Shown here: in pieces, positions 9,921 through 17,810 of the stretch
Layout: each line of letters begins with the position of its first letter
How positions within the stretch are numbered: position 1 is the stretch's first letter
Assembly (NCBI GenBank): GCA_051747805.1
Contig: JBNJGP010000037.1
Coordinates: 1-26,325 of the forward strand
Origin: Candidatus Muiribacteriota bacterium
Lineage (GTDB): Bacteria; Muiribacteriota; Muiribacteriia; Muiribacteriales; Muiribacteriaceae
Length of the DNA: 26,325 bases
Reading direction: 5' to 3'
Position numbers and translations under genes: made by a program
Notes under the pieces: generated by a model
Told to the model about the DNA's origin: nothing
Seen by the model: the letters and a program-made list of their open reading frames with translations, nothing else
Databases searched by the model: none

Positions 9921-10859
9921 ATGAAAAAAGCCAGAACAGTTTGTTTTTCAACTCTTGTTAAATCAAAAACAGCATTTATTAACTCTCTAAATATAAATTC
10001 AAATTCCAAGTACACATATACAAGAAATTTAAAACAGTTTTTTATTTTTTTAAACGAGCACAAAAAGGAAGAAATTAACAGAAATTTAATTGTTATTTAT
10101 ATAGAATATCTACGAAACCTTGAACTTTCCGATTTTACAATCTCTAATTACTTAAACTGTCTGAAACAGTTTTTCAGATGGTGTGCAGATAACAATATAT
10201 GTAAAAATATTTGCAGAAATATAAAGTTTAAAAATAATATTAAAGGGTTCAGAAAAAAAACACTTCAGCTTGAAGATGTTGCTAAACTGATGAAGATTTT
10301 ACCACAAAATTCTGTTAAAGAAAAAAGAGATTTTGCCATTATTAATTTAATGCTTCGAACTGGATTAAGAGCAGTTGAAATAAATCGAACCCTTTACTCA
10401 GATATTCAGAAAATAGATAATAATCAGGTACTTTATGTTCATGGAAAAGGACGTTCTTCAAAAGATGAGTTTGTTTTACTTACTCAAAATACATTACGAC
10501 CATTATTAAACTATATAATTGCTTATGAAAAAAAATTTAACTCGTTAAAAAGCACAGACCCGCTTTTCCCTTCTTTTTCAAATAAAAACTTACTTAAACC
10601 TCTTTCAACAAGGTCTATTTCAAGAATTGTAAAAACTGCATTTATAAAAGCAGGACTTGACAGCGATAAATATTCTGCCCACAGCCTGCGCCATACTGCG
10701 GTAACAATGTGTCTTTTAGGTGGTGCAACTATTCAGGAGGCCAGAATACTTGCAAGACATACAAACATTAATACTACTTTAATTTATGCCCAGAATATTA
10801 ATAGACTCTCTGAGGCCCCCGAAAATTATATAGATAAATTTTTAAGTGACCTTAAATAA
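9921..10859 (+). CDS. Tyrosine recombinase (XerC/XerD/integrase family), putative invertase
   Basis: Catalytic set intact: R (TGLRAVE), K (HGKG), HxxR (HSLRH), H (ARH), Y (TTLIY). ATG 9921 preferred over GTG 9912 because GAGGTG at 9909-9914 is the SD. Confidence 0.93.
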   Translation: MKKARTVCFSTLVKSKTAFINSLNINSNSKYTYTRNLKQFFIFLNEHKKEEINRNLIVIYIEYLRNLELSDFTISNYLNCLKQFFRWCADNNICKNICRNIKFKNNIKGFRKKTLQLEDVAKLMKILPQNSVKEKRDFAIINLMLRTGLRAVEINRTLYSDIQKIDNNQVLYVHGKGRSSKDEFVLLTQNTLRPLLNYIIAYEKKFNSLKSTDPLFPSFSNKNLLKPLSTRSISRIVKTAFIKAGLDSDKYSAHSLRHTAVTMCLLGGATIQEARILARHTNINTTLIYAQNINRLSEAPENYIDKFLSDLK

Positions 10860-10865
10860 GCAGTG

Positions 10866-10893
10866 TCTATAATTAAGCAATTGCAGTCATTAA
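10866..10893 (-). repeat. Right 28-bp inverted repeat (putative recombination site)
   Basis: TCTATAATTAAGCAATTGCAGTCATTAA, 6 nt after the recombinase stop. Confidence 0.95.
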
Positions 10894-10980
10894 TTTTTTA
10901 AAAATTTAAAAAGCTTATGAATAAAAGAGTTGAAGCATTAAAAGGAAACCGGTATTTTTTTCTTTAACAAATATAATAAA

Positions 10981-11071
10981 AGTGAGAGGTGAGAGCCGAG
11001 AAGAGCCGTGAGAAGTGAGAAGTGAGAGGTGAGAAGTAAGAAGTAAGAGGTGAGACGATAAGAGCAAGAGG
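10981..11071 (+). repeat. Degenerate purine-rich heptamer tandem repeat (RGTRAGA)n
   Basis: AGTGAGA GGTGAGA GCCGAGA ... AGTGAGA AGTGAGA GGTGAGA AGTAAGA AGTAAGA GGTGAGA, about 12 units between convergent genes. Confidence 0.85.
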
Positions 11072-11099
11072 TTAAAATATTTAGACCCCCGTGTGGTCT

Positions 11100-11747
11100 T
11101 TATGGAATAATTATTCCTTGTTTTATAGCGTATTTTATTAAATCGGCAGTTTTATGAACATTTAATTTTTTCATTATATTTTTTCTATGAATTTTCACAG
11201 TATTTAAGGCTATATTAAGTTTTTCTGAAATTTCCGGATTAGAAAAACCTTCTGAAATATGAAGTAGAACCTGCTGTTCCCTTTTAGTTAAAGGTTGTTT
11301 TTTTTTATGAGCATCATCTTTAATATTTAAATATAAATTAAGCACATACTGAGCAATTCTGGGAGAAAAATAAACATTTCCGGCAAGCACCTCCCGCACA
11401 GCATTTACAAGTTCCTTAGTTGCACCCCCTTTAAGCAGATAACCTTTCGCCCCGCTCTCTAAGGATTTTTCAACTAAATTAGGTTTATCATGCATACTTA
11501 AAAGAATAATTTTTGCCTCAGGATTTTTTTCAATTATTCTTTTTGTAGCCTCAATACCATTTATTTCCGGCATTTCAACATCAATTATATATAAATGGGG
11601 ACTTAATTTTAACCCCTTCTCCAGAAGCTCTATTCCATTTTCTGCTTCACCACAAACCTTGATATTATCAGTTTGTGTCTCAAGTGTTATTTTTATACCT
11701 TCTCTTATAATATCGTGATCATCAGCAATAAAAATACTAATTGTCAT
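11100..11747 (-). CDS. NarL/FixJ-family response regulator (REC + LuxR HTH)
   Basis: IFIADDH, IIDVEMP, LSMH, GYLLK; LTKREQQVL..ISEGFSNPEI...LNIA.NTVKIHRKNIMKKL HTH. Confidence 0.95.
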   Translation of the reverse strand: MTISIFIADDHDIIREGIKITLETQTDNIKVCGEAENGIELLEKGLKLSPHLYIIDVEMPEINGIEATKRIIEKNPEAKIILLSMHDKPNLVEKSLESGAKGYLLKGGATKELVNAVREVLAGNVYFSPRIAQYVLNLYLNIKDDAHKKKQPLTKREQQVLLHISEGFSNPEISEKLNIALNTVKIHRKNIMKKLNVHKTADLIKYAIKQGIIIP

Positions 11748-12253
11748 AGTTTTATAAGCTTCTCCCAGTATTTTTGTGATTTTTTTCCAAGCAAAGAATT
11801 ATTCTGCTGAATTTTATGTTCCATATCTTCTATTAAACCAGTTAACTTCTTTATTTCTTTATTTTGTTTATTCATTTTATTTTTTTTTCCAAATTTATTA
11901 AATTTTTCTTCTTTTTCAGAAAAACCAGTAATTTCATAAAAATCATAACTCCAGGTTAAATTGTTAGATAATAAAGCATTCAACAAATTTTCATATATGC
12001 GTAATCTTAAATTTAAATCCTCATAGTTATTTTGAATAAAAAATAGCATTTCCTCAATCTGATGTAAAATCGAGGCCTCTTTATTCAAACCTAAAAAAGC
12101 AGCCCCACCCTTTAAAGTATGAAAAGAAGAGCTGATTTTTATATCTATATCAGCATTTTTCGGATTATTTTCAATATATGATATTAGTTCATATAGCTTA
12201 TTTTTAAACGAATGAAAAAATTTTATTATTAAATTCTGTTTTCTATACTTCAT
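11744..12253 (-). CDS. Stand-alone Hpt-domain protein (CheA P1-like) with C-terminal helical tail
   Basis: FHTLKGGAAFLG...LHQIEE motif. Overlaps the cheB stop (1 nt) and the regulator start (ATGA). Confidence 0.72.
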   Translation of the reverse strand: MKYRKQNLIIKFFHSFKNKLYELISYIENNPKNADIDIKISSSFHTLKGGAAFLGLNKEASILHQIEEMLFFIQNNYEDLNLRLRIYENLLNALLSNNLTWSYDFYEITGFSEKEEKFNKFGKKNKMNKQNKEIKKLTGLIEDMEHKIQQNNSLLGKKSQKYWEKLIKL

Positions 12254-13290
12254 TAAAAAGTGTATTCCTGTGAGTTAAAAATATCAATTAACCTCTGAGG
12301 TATTTCATTTAAGGCAAGTTCCTGGCTGATACCTCCAATTTTTCTTGCCGCATTAGGCATACCATAAACAACACATGTTCTTTCGTTCTGACCAATTGTC
12401 CACGCATTATTATCCTTTAAATTTTTAATCCCTTCAGCACCATCACTTCCCATACCAGTCAGAATAACCCCAACCGCATTTTTTCCCGCCTCGGAGGCCA
12501 CAGAATTAAACAAAACATCGCATGAGGGTCTTTGAAAATGTACCGGCGGATTCTGATTCAATCTGGTATAATAACGCGCTCCCTTTCTTTTAATTACCAT
12601 ATGATAATTCCCAGGCGCAATAAGAATTTTACCCATGGCAACCTGTTCTCCACCCTCTGCCTCTTTAACTTCCATCGCACATATTTCGTTTAAACGCTGG
12701 GCAAATGAATGAGTAAAACCAGCCGGCATATGCTGGGCAATTACAATACCAGGAAAATTATGAGGAAGATTTTCAACAACCTCTTTAATAGCTTCTGTGC
12801 CCCCTGTAGAGGCTCCAATAGCAACAAATTTTGAAGTTGTATCTATTTTTATTTTAGAGTTAACAGTATTTCTTTTGTTCTTTCTGGTAAAAGTGCTTAG
12901 ATCAGCCCTAGCCGCCACTCTTATTTTAGCAATAAGCGAGTTAACAAGTTCACCTACCGTAAAAGAAGACCCTGGTTTTGATATAACATCTACAGCTCCA
13001 ATTTCCATAGCCTTAATTGTCATATCTGTATTATTTCGGGTTAAAGAGCTTACAATAACGGTTGGAACCGGATAATATTTCATTAATTTAGAAAGGAATG
13101 TCAGACCATCCATTTTAGGCATTTCAATATCCAGAGTTAACACATCGGGTTGAAGATCGATTATCATATCACGCGCAATAAAGGGATCACGGGCACTTCC
13201 AACTACTTTAATATCAGAATAAGTTTTCAGTTCTTTTGTTAATATTTTTCTAACAACCGCCGAATCATCAACGATAAGCACTTTAATCAT
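12253..13290 (-). CDS. cheB: Chemotaxis response regulator / methylesterase CheB
   Basis: REC (VDDS, TLDIEMP) plus methylesterase motifs IGASTGG, QHMP, RPS.D and LTGMGSDGA. Confidence 0.97.
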   Translation of the reverse strand: MIKVLIVDDSAVVRKILTKELKTYSDIKVVGSARDPFIARDMIIDLQPDVLTLDIEMPKMDGLTFLSKLMKYYPVPTVIVSSLTRNNTDMTIKAMEIGAVDVISKPGSSFTVGELVNSLIAKIRVAARADLSTFTRKNKRNTVNSKIKIDTTSKFVAIGASTGGTEAIKEVVENLPHNFPGIVIAQHMPAGFTHSFAQRLNEICAMEVKEAEGGEQVAMGKILIAPGNYHMVIKRKGARYYTRLNQNPPVHFQRPSCDVLFNSVASEAGKNAVGVILTGMGSDGAEGIKNLKDNNAWTIGQNERTCVVYGMPNAARKIGGISQELALNEIPQRLIDIFNSQEYTF

Positions 13291-13307
13291 ATTGTAATCT
13301 GCTCCAT

Positions 13308-13427
13308 ATCTGCTACGCAGATGTTAGTTTGTTTTCAACAAACAAGTAAAATCACCTATCGGTGATAGTAAGTGTGGGACTTTACTCGACCTATGGTCGT
13401 TTACTGTTGGTCTCAGCCAACTTTACT
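13308..13427. repeat. Hairpin/AGTAAA-linker element in the cheA-cheB intergenic region (inverted, internally deleted copy of 26101-26295)
   Basis: AGTAAA-ATCACC.TATC.GGTGAT-AGTAAG...TTTACT-CGACC.TAT.GGTCG-TTTACT-GTTGG.TCTCAG.CCAAC-TTTACT, plus hairpins at 13308-13322 and 13327-13343. Confidence 0.85.
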
Positions 13428-13433
13428 GGATTA

Positions 13434-15332
13434 TTAAATCTTATTAACATCTATTATCAGACTGATTGTTCCATCACCCATAATAGCCGAACCGCTTATA
13501 AAATCATATTCTTGGAAGAAATTACTTAAATTTTTTATCACAACTTCCTGTTTACCCAGGATTTCATCTGCAAAAATCGCAATATCATTTTTATCAGTTT
13601 CAATAAGAATAACTATTCCCTCTGAAGGCTCAGTATTATCCGGGGTTAACTCGAGATAATCATACATTCTGACCATTCTGAATATTTCCCCGCGCACCTT
13701 AACAACCTCGCCTTTATTAGCCATATTGAAACAATCCTTTTTCTCTGGCTGAATTGCCTCCTGCACAACCTGGGCCGGAAGAATATATCTTTCGCTTCCA
13801 ATCCTAATAACAACCCCGTCAAGTATTGCAAGAGTTAAAGGAAGTTTGATAAAAAAAGTTGACCCCTCACCAGGTTTTGACTCAATATCAACTTTCCCAC
13901 CAAGCTCATTAATTGTGTTTTTCACAACATCCATTCCCACACCGCGACCGGATATTTCGCTTACTTTTTCAGCAGTGGAAAATCCTGGTGCAAAAATAAG
14001 ATTATATATTTCATTGTCTGAAAGGGATTCATCTTCTGATATAACACCATTTTCAAGGGCTTTTTTTAAAATCTTTTCTTTAGAAAGTCCCTGACCATTA
14101 TCTTTTATTTCTATTATAATGTTTCCGCCTTTATTATAGGCAGATAACCATATTGTTCCTGTTGGTTTTTTTCCTTTTTTTTCTCTTGCCTCAGGGCTTT
14201 CTATACCATGATCACAGGAATTTCTAATCATATGCATTAACGGGTCATAAAGTTTGTCAACCATATTTCTGTCAATTTCAGTATATTCACCTGATATCTC
14301 AAGCTTAATTAATTTTTTTAATCTTTTGGAGTTATCCCTGACAATTCTCATCATTTTCTGAAATGTGTTTCCTATTGGAACCATTCTCAGGGTCATTGAT
14401 GAATTCTGAAGTCTTGAGCTTATTCTTTTAACCTGATTTAAAATATTCTGAGTTTTTTTACTGTTGATTTTTAATATTCTTTCATCCTGAAAAAGCATAT
14501 TATTGGCCACTATTAATTCCCCAACATCATCAAGTAAAGTATCTACTTTATCTATATCAACTTTAATGGATTTAATAATTTTTTTATCAGGCTGTTTTGC
14601 ATATTCTTTATTTTCTTCTGACTCAGAATCATCTTCCGGCAACTCTTCAACAGTTGTTTCTTCCTGTTTTTCCCCTGAGACAATTTTTTCAATTTTTTCT
14701 TTAGTAAAATCAATATTAATATCAAATTCAGGGAAATATCCTTTTTTTAAATTTTTTGAAAGTAAGTCAAAGTTCTTTTTTAAAATGTCCAGAACCTCAA
14801 ACAAAAAATCTGTAACACTTTCTGTTACAGGAAGTTTTTCGTTTCTAAGGTCATCAAGAAGATTCTCTACCATATGAGAAAACGTATTTAATACGTCCAG
14901 CTCTAAAAAACCTGAACTTCCTTTTATTGTGTGGACAGTTCTGAATATATCATTGATAAGGTTTTTATCTTTGGTGTTTTCATACTCAAGAAGTTTCATT
15001 TCAAACTCGGATAAACCTTCTTTTGATTCAATAATAAAATCATTAACCAGTTCTGTATCCTCAATTTTTTTCCTTGCTTTTTGAACAGCTTTTTTAAAAT
15101 TATATTTGCCCTCAATAACTTTTTTAATTGTTTTTTCAAAACCTTTTAACTTTTTTTCAAACTCATCAAAACCACAGAAAAACAGTTCATCTAAGGTGTT
15201 ATTTAATAACTCCTGAAGCTCCTTGTTATTTTCAAACTCTGAAATAACATCTTTTATCTGAGTATAGGTTATTCCATCGCCATAAGTAAATTCTTTTAAT
15301 AATTCAATTATTTTTTCTAAGTTTTTTTCCAT
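13434..15332 (-). CDS. cheA: Chemotaxis histidine kinase CheA
   Basis: Hpt (IFRTVHTIKG), dimerisation (SIKVDIDKVD), HATPase (RNSCDHGIE, DNGQG, FAPGFST, SGRGVGMDVV), C-terminal CheW-like P5. Confidence 0.97.
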   Translation of the reverse strand: MEKNLEKIIELLKEFTYGDGITYTQIKDVISEFENNKELQELLNNTLDELFFCGFDEFEKKLKGFEKTIKKVIEGKYNFKKAVQKARKKIEDTELVNDFIIESKEGLSEFEMKLLEYENTKDKNLINDIFRTVHTIKGSSGFLELDVLNTFSHMVENLLDDLRNEKLPVTESVTDFLFEVLDILKKNFDLLSKNLKKGYFPEFDINIDFTKEKIEKIVSGEKQEETTVEELPEDDSESEENKEYAKQPDKKIIKSIKVDIDKVDTLLDDVGELIVANNMLFQDERILKINSKKTQNILNQVKRISSRLQNSSMTLRMVPIGNTFQKMMRIVRDNSKRLKKLIKLEISGEYTEIDRNMVDKLYDPLMHMIRNSCDHGIESPEAREKKGKKPTGTIWLSAYNKGGNIIIEIKDNGQGLSKEKILKKALENGVISEDESLSDNEIYNLIFAPGFSTAEKVSEISGRGVGMDVVKNTINELGGKVDIESKPGEGSTFFIKLPLTLAILDGVVIRIGSERYILPAQVVQEAIQPEKKDCFNMANKGEVVKVRGEIFRMVRMYDYLELTPDNTEPSEGIVILIETDKNDIAIFADEILGKQEVVIKNLSNFFQEYDFISGSAIMGDGTISLIIDVNKI

Positions 15333-15334
15333 AT

Positions 15335-16180
15335 TTAAAATCCTATTCTCCCCATAAATCTTGAAATAATATTATTCCTGAAAACATAAAGAAGTGGAAT
15401 ATTTTTTCCTAAAAATCTTTTGCTTATATTATTAAATGCCTTAAACGAAATAGCAGAATGCATTTTCGCAACAGGTTTACCGTGATTAGCAGAATAAATA
15501 ACGTATTTATCCTCAGGAATAATACCAAGCAGATTTAATCCCAGTATTTCATTTATTTCGGCCACATCCATAATAAGACCATTTTTTGCCAAATCGGGTT
15601 TATACCTGTTTATTATCATATCACCTATATGAATATTCTGATTCTCAAATATTCCTATAACCCGGTCTGCACCCATTACTGATGCCTTTTCCGGATTAAC
15701 AACAACAACAGCACTGTCTGTAACAGAAGTCAGATTTTTAAGTCCCTGCCCTATACCGGCCGGAGCGTCAAGTAATATATAATTATATTCAGGCTTTAAA
15801 GCATCTATTATTCTATTGAATCCTTTTGTTTTAAGTGCACCTTTTTCATGAATCTGAGAAGCTGATAAAAAAACAAAATTCGGAACATCTTTATCAGGTA
15901 TAAGTGCGTCAGAAAGCGAGCAGTTCCCTTCAATAACATCAATTACATTATAATAAATTCTATCACTGTATCCCAGCGAAATATCAAGATTACGCAAACC
16001 TATATCTGTATCAATAACAGCTACTTTTAATCCGTTCATAGCAAGAGTCAATCCAAGATTGGCACATACAGTTGTTTTTCCAACTCCACCCTTTCCGGAA
16101 ACAACTGCAATTACTTTTGCAAGATCAGGGTTAGTTTTATATCCAACATCACTTTTTAATATTGAGTTTATATCTTTCAT
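15335..16180 (-). CDS. minD: Septum site-determining ATPase MinD (MinD/ParA family)
   Basis: SGKGGVGKTT deviant Walker A, DTDIGLRNLD, LDAPAGI, C-terminal amphipathic helix IISRFMGRIGF. Start moved to 16180 (ATGA overlap with the minC stop, GAGAGG SD). Confidence 0.9.
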   Translation of the reverse strand: MKDINSILKSDVGYKTNPDLAKVIAVVSGKGGVGKTTVCANLGLTLAMNGLKVAVIDTDIGLRNLDISLGYSDRIYYNVIDVIEGNCSLSDALIPDKDVPNFVFLSASQIHEKGALKTKGFNRIIDALKPEYNYILLDAPAGIGQGLKNLTSVTDSAVVVVNPEKASVMGADRVIGIFENQNIHIGDMIINRYKPDLAKNGLIMDVAEINEILGLNLLGIIPEDKYVIYSANHGKPVAKMHSAISFKAFNNISKRFLGKNIPLLYVFRNNIISRFMGRIGF

Positions 16181-16881
16181 TTGGCGCCTCTCAAAGACCA
16201 TTCTTTATATTCTTTAACGAAAACAGCATTATTGTTTAAATAAGCGACTACAGGAACTTCTTTTTTAATGTTTTTAAGCATTTCATCACTTTTTAATAAA
16301 TAGGTATCATAAATTCTAAGCTGGGATGGTTCAAAATAGGAAGAAATAACATTTGCTCCCATATTTCCATCTTTACCAGACCATACATCGCCTCTTAGAA
16401 CACCCATTACAAGGATATTCCCACCTGCAATAATTCTGGCACCAACATTAACATCACCAAGCACCACAACATTCCCTCTGTACTCAATTAACTGTCCGGA
16501 ACGAACGCTTTTTTTTATCCATAAAGTATCTTCATTTAAAATATCATTAGAGAATTCAAGCTCGCTTTTTTCAAGAAAATCCTCGGCTTTGATCCCCCTC
16601 TTTTTAATATTTTCTTTAAGTTCAGGTACTCTTGTTATTATTCTAAGAATATTAAGTTTAAAATTATCCTCGGCAATTGAAAGAACCTCTTTTATATCAC
16701 TATCTCTCATCTCTCTATTACCAAAGTTCAAAATAGAGTTCATATGATAAACAAAAGAATCCATATTCTGAAGTTTTTTATAAAAAATTTTTTTTAAATT
16801 ATAAAACGGAATTTTATCATCAAGTATAATATAAAGTCCGCTTCTTACTTTCTGTAATGTAACAGCTCTTTCCTCATACAT
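16177..16881 (-). CDS. minC: Septum site-determining protein MinC
   Basis: C-terminal beta-helix motif SVRSGQLIEYRGNVVVLGDVNVGARIIAGGNILVMGVLRG; adjacent to minD. Confidence 0.92.
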   Translation of the reverse strand: MYEERAVTLQKVRSGLYIILDDKIPFYNLKKIFYKKLQNMDSFVYHMNSILNFGNREMRDSDIKEVLSIAEDNFKLNILRIITRVPELKENIKKRGIKAEDFLEKSELEFSNDILNEDTLWIKKSVRSGQLIEYRGNVVVLGDVNVGARIIAGGNILVMGVLRGDVWSGKDGNMGANVISSYFEPSQLRIYDTYLLKSDEMLKNIKKEVPVVAYLNNNAVFVKEYKEWSLRGAK

Positions 16882-16892
16882 AACCTTCCCCT

Positions 16893-17810
16893 TTATTGAA
16901 TATTAGCTAATTTTTCCATTGTTTCCTGATATAATCTCTCAGCAGATTTACTATCTGGATTAACCTCTAAAGCTTTCTGATAATGATACATTGCCTCACG
17001 GAAATTCTCTTTTTCATAAAAATAAATATCCCCAAGATTCATATATACATCAAAGTGATTATTATTAATTTCAAGGGATTTTTTATACATATTTATCGCC
17101 TCTGAAATGCGGGAGGCGTTCTGTAAAACTACTCCCAGCTTATAGTAGGGTTCAAAATTGTCAGGAGCAAGTTCAATACTCTTAATAAAAGCCTCATATG
17201 ATGCATCAATAAGCCCTCTCTGAAAATAAACCCATCCAAGCCTGTAAAAAACAAACGAGTTATCTTCTTCAATTTCAGACAAATTCCGGTACACCTGAAT
17301 CGCATCACCAAGCCTTCCCTGCGACTCATATATTCTGCCAAGGTCAAACATTGCTCTACCGTGTTCGGGATCATATTCAAGAGTTTTTTCAAGCATTTCC
17401 ATACCCTTTTTCTGTCTGTTTGTCTGCATATAAAGAATACCCAGATTGTAAAATGACTCTTCGTAGGTATCATCAATTTCCAGCGCCTGTTTAAAAGAAA
17501 TTTCTGCCTGGTCATTTTTTTCCTGAGCGGCATATACTAAACCCAGATTATTATAGGCATCAACATGATTTGGATCAAGCCTTACAGCTTTTCTAAGATT
17601 TTCCTCAGCGAGCTCATAACGTTCATTATGTCCTGCTACCGAGCCTATTCTATAGTACGCGTCGGCATCCTCTTTATACTCATCTTTTAACCTTATCTCG
17701 CTTTTCTTTGAGGAGCTTCCAGAGCTTCTACCAAAAGGAAAACACCCTGTCTGAAAAATCATACTTGAGCCAAGTAAACAAATTAATAAAAATTTCCCTG
17801 TTTTCTTCAT
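16893..17810 (-). CDS. Tetratricopeptide-repeat protein, probable lipoprotein
   Basis: About 7 TPR repeats (AYNNLGLVY, FYNLGILY, MFDLGRIY...); signal peptide ending QTG-C. Confidence 0.88.
   Translation of the reverse strand: MKKTGKFLLICLLGSSMIFQTGCFPFGRSSGSSSKKSEIRLKDEYKEDADAYYRIGSVAGHNERYELAEENLRKAVRLDPNHVDAYNNLGLVYAAQEKNDQAEISFKQALEIDDTYEESFYNLGILYMQTNRQKKGMEMLEKTLEYDPEHGRAMFDLGRIYESQGRLGDAIQVYRNLSEIEEDNSFVFYRLGWVYFQRGLIDASYEAFIKSIELAPDNFEPYYKLGVVLQNASRISEAINMYKKSLEINNNHFDVYMNLGDIYFYEKENFREAMYHYQKALEVNPDSKSAERLYQETMEKLANIQ

Larger units (their letters stand above)
9750..10893. mobile_element. Putative invertible DNA segment (1144 bp) carrying its own tyrosine recombinase and promoter
   Basis: A perfect 28-bp IR pair brackets the recombinase, the only gene opposing the surrounding che cluster. 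Confidence 0.75.

Noticed and set aside
9921..10859. Prophage/ICE integrase or housekeeping xerC/xerD
   Set aside because: No phage or conjugation genes, no tRNA or direct att repeats; flanked by inverted repeats instead. Gene symbol withheld.
9746..10897. TTTT target-site duplication, or a RIT-like element
   Set aside because: TTTT is low complexity in T-rich flanks, and RIT elements carry three recombinases while this has one. Mobility is not excluded but is unsupported.
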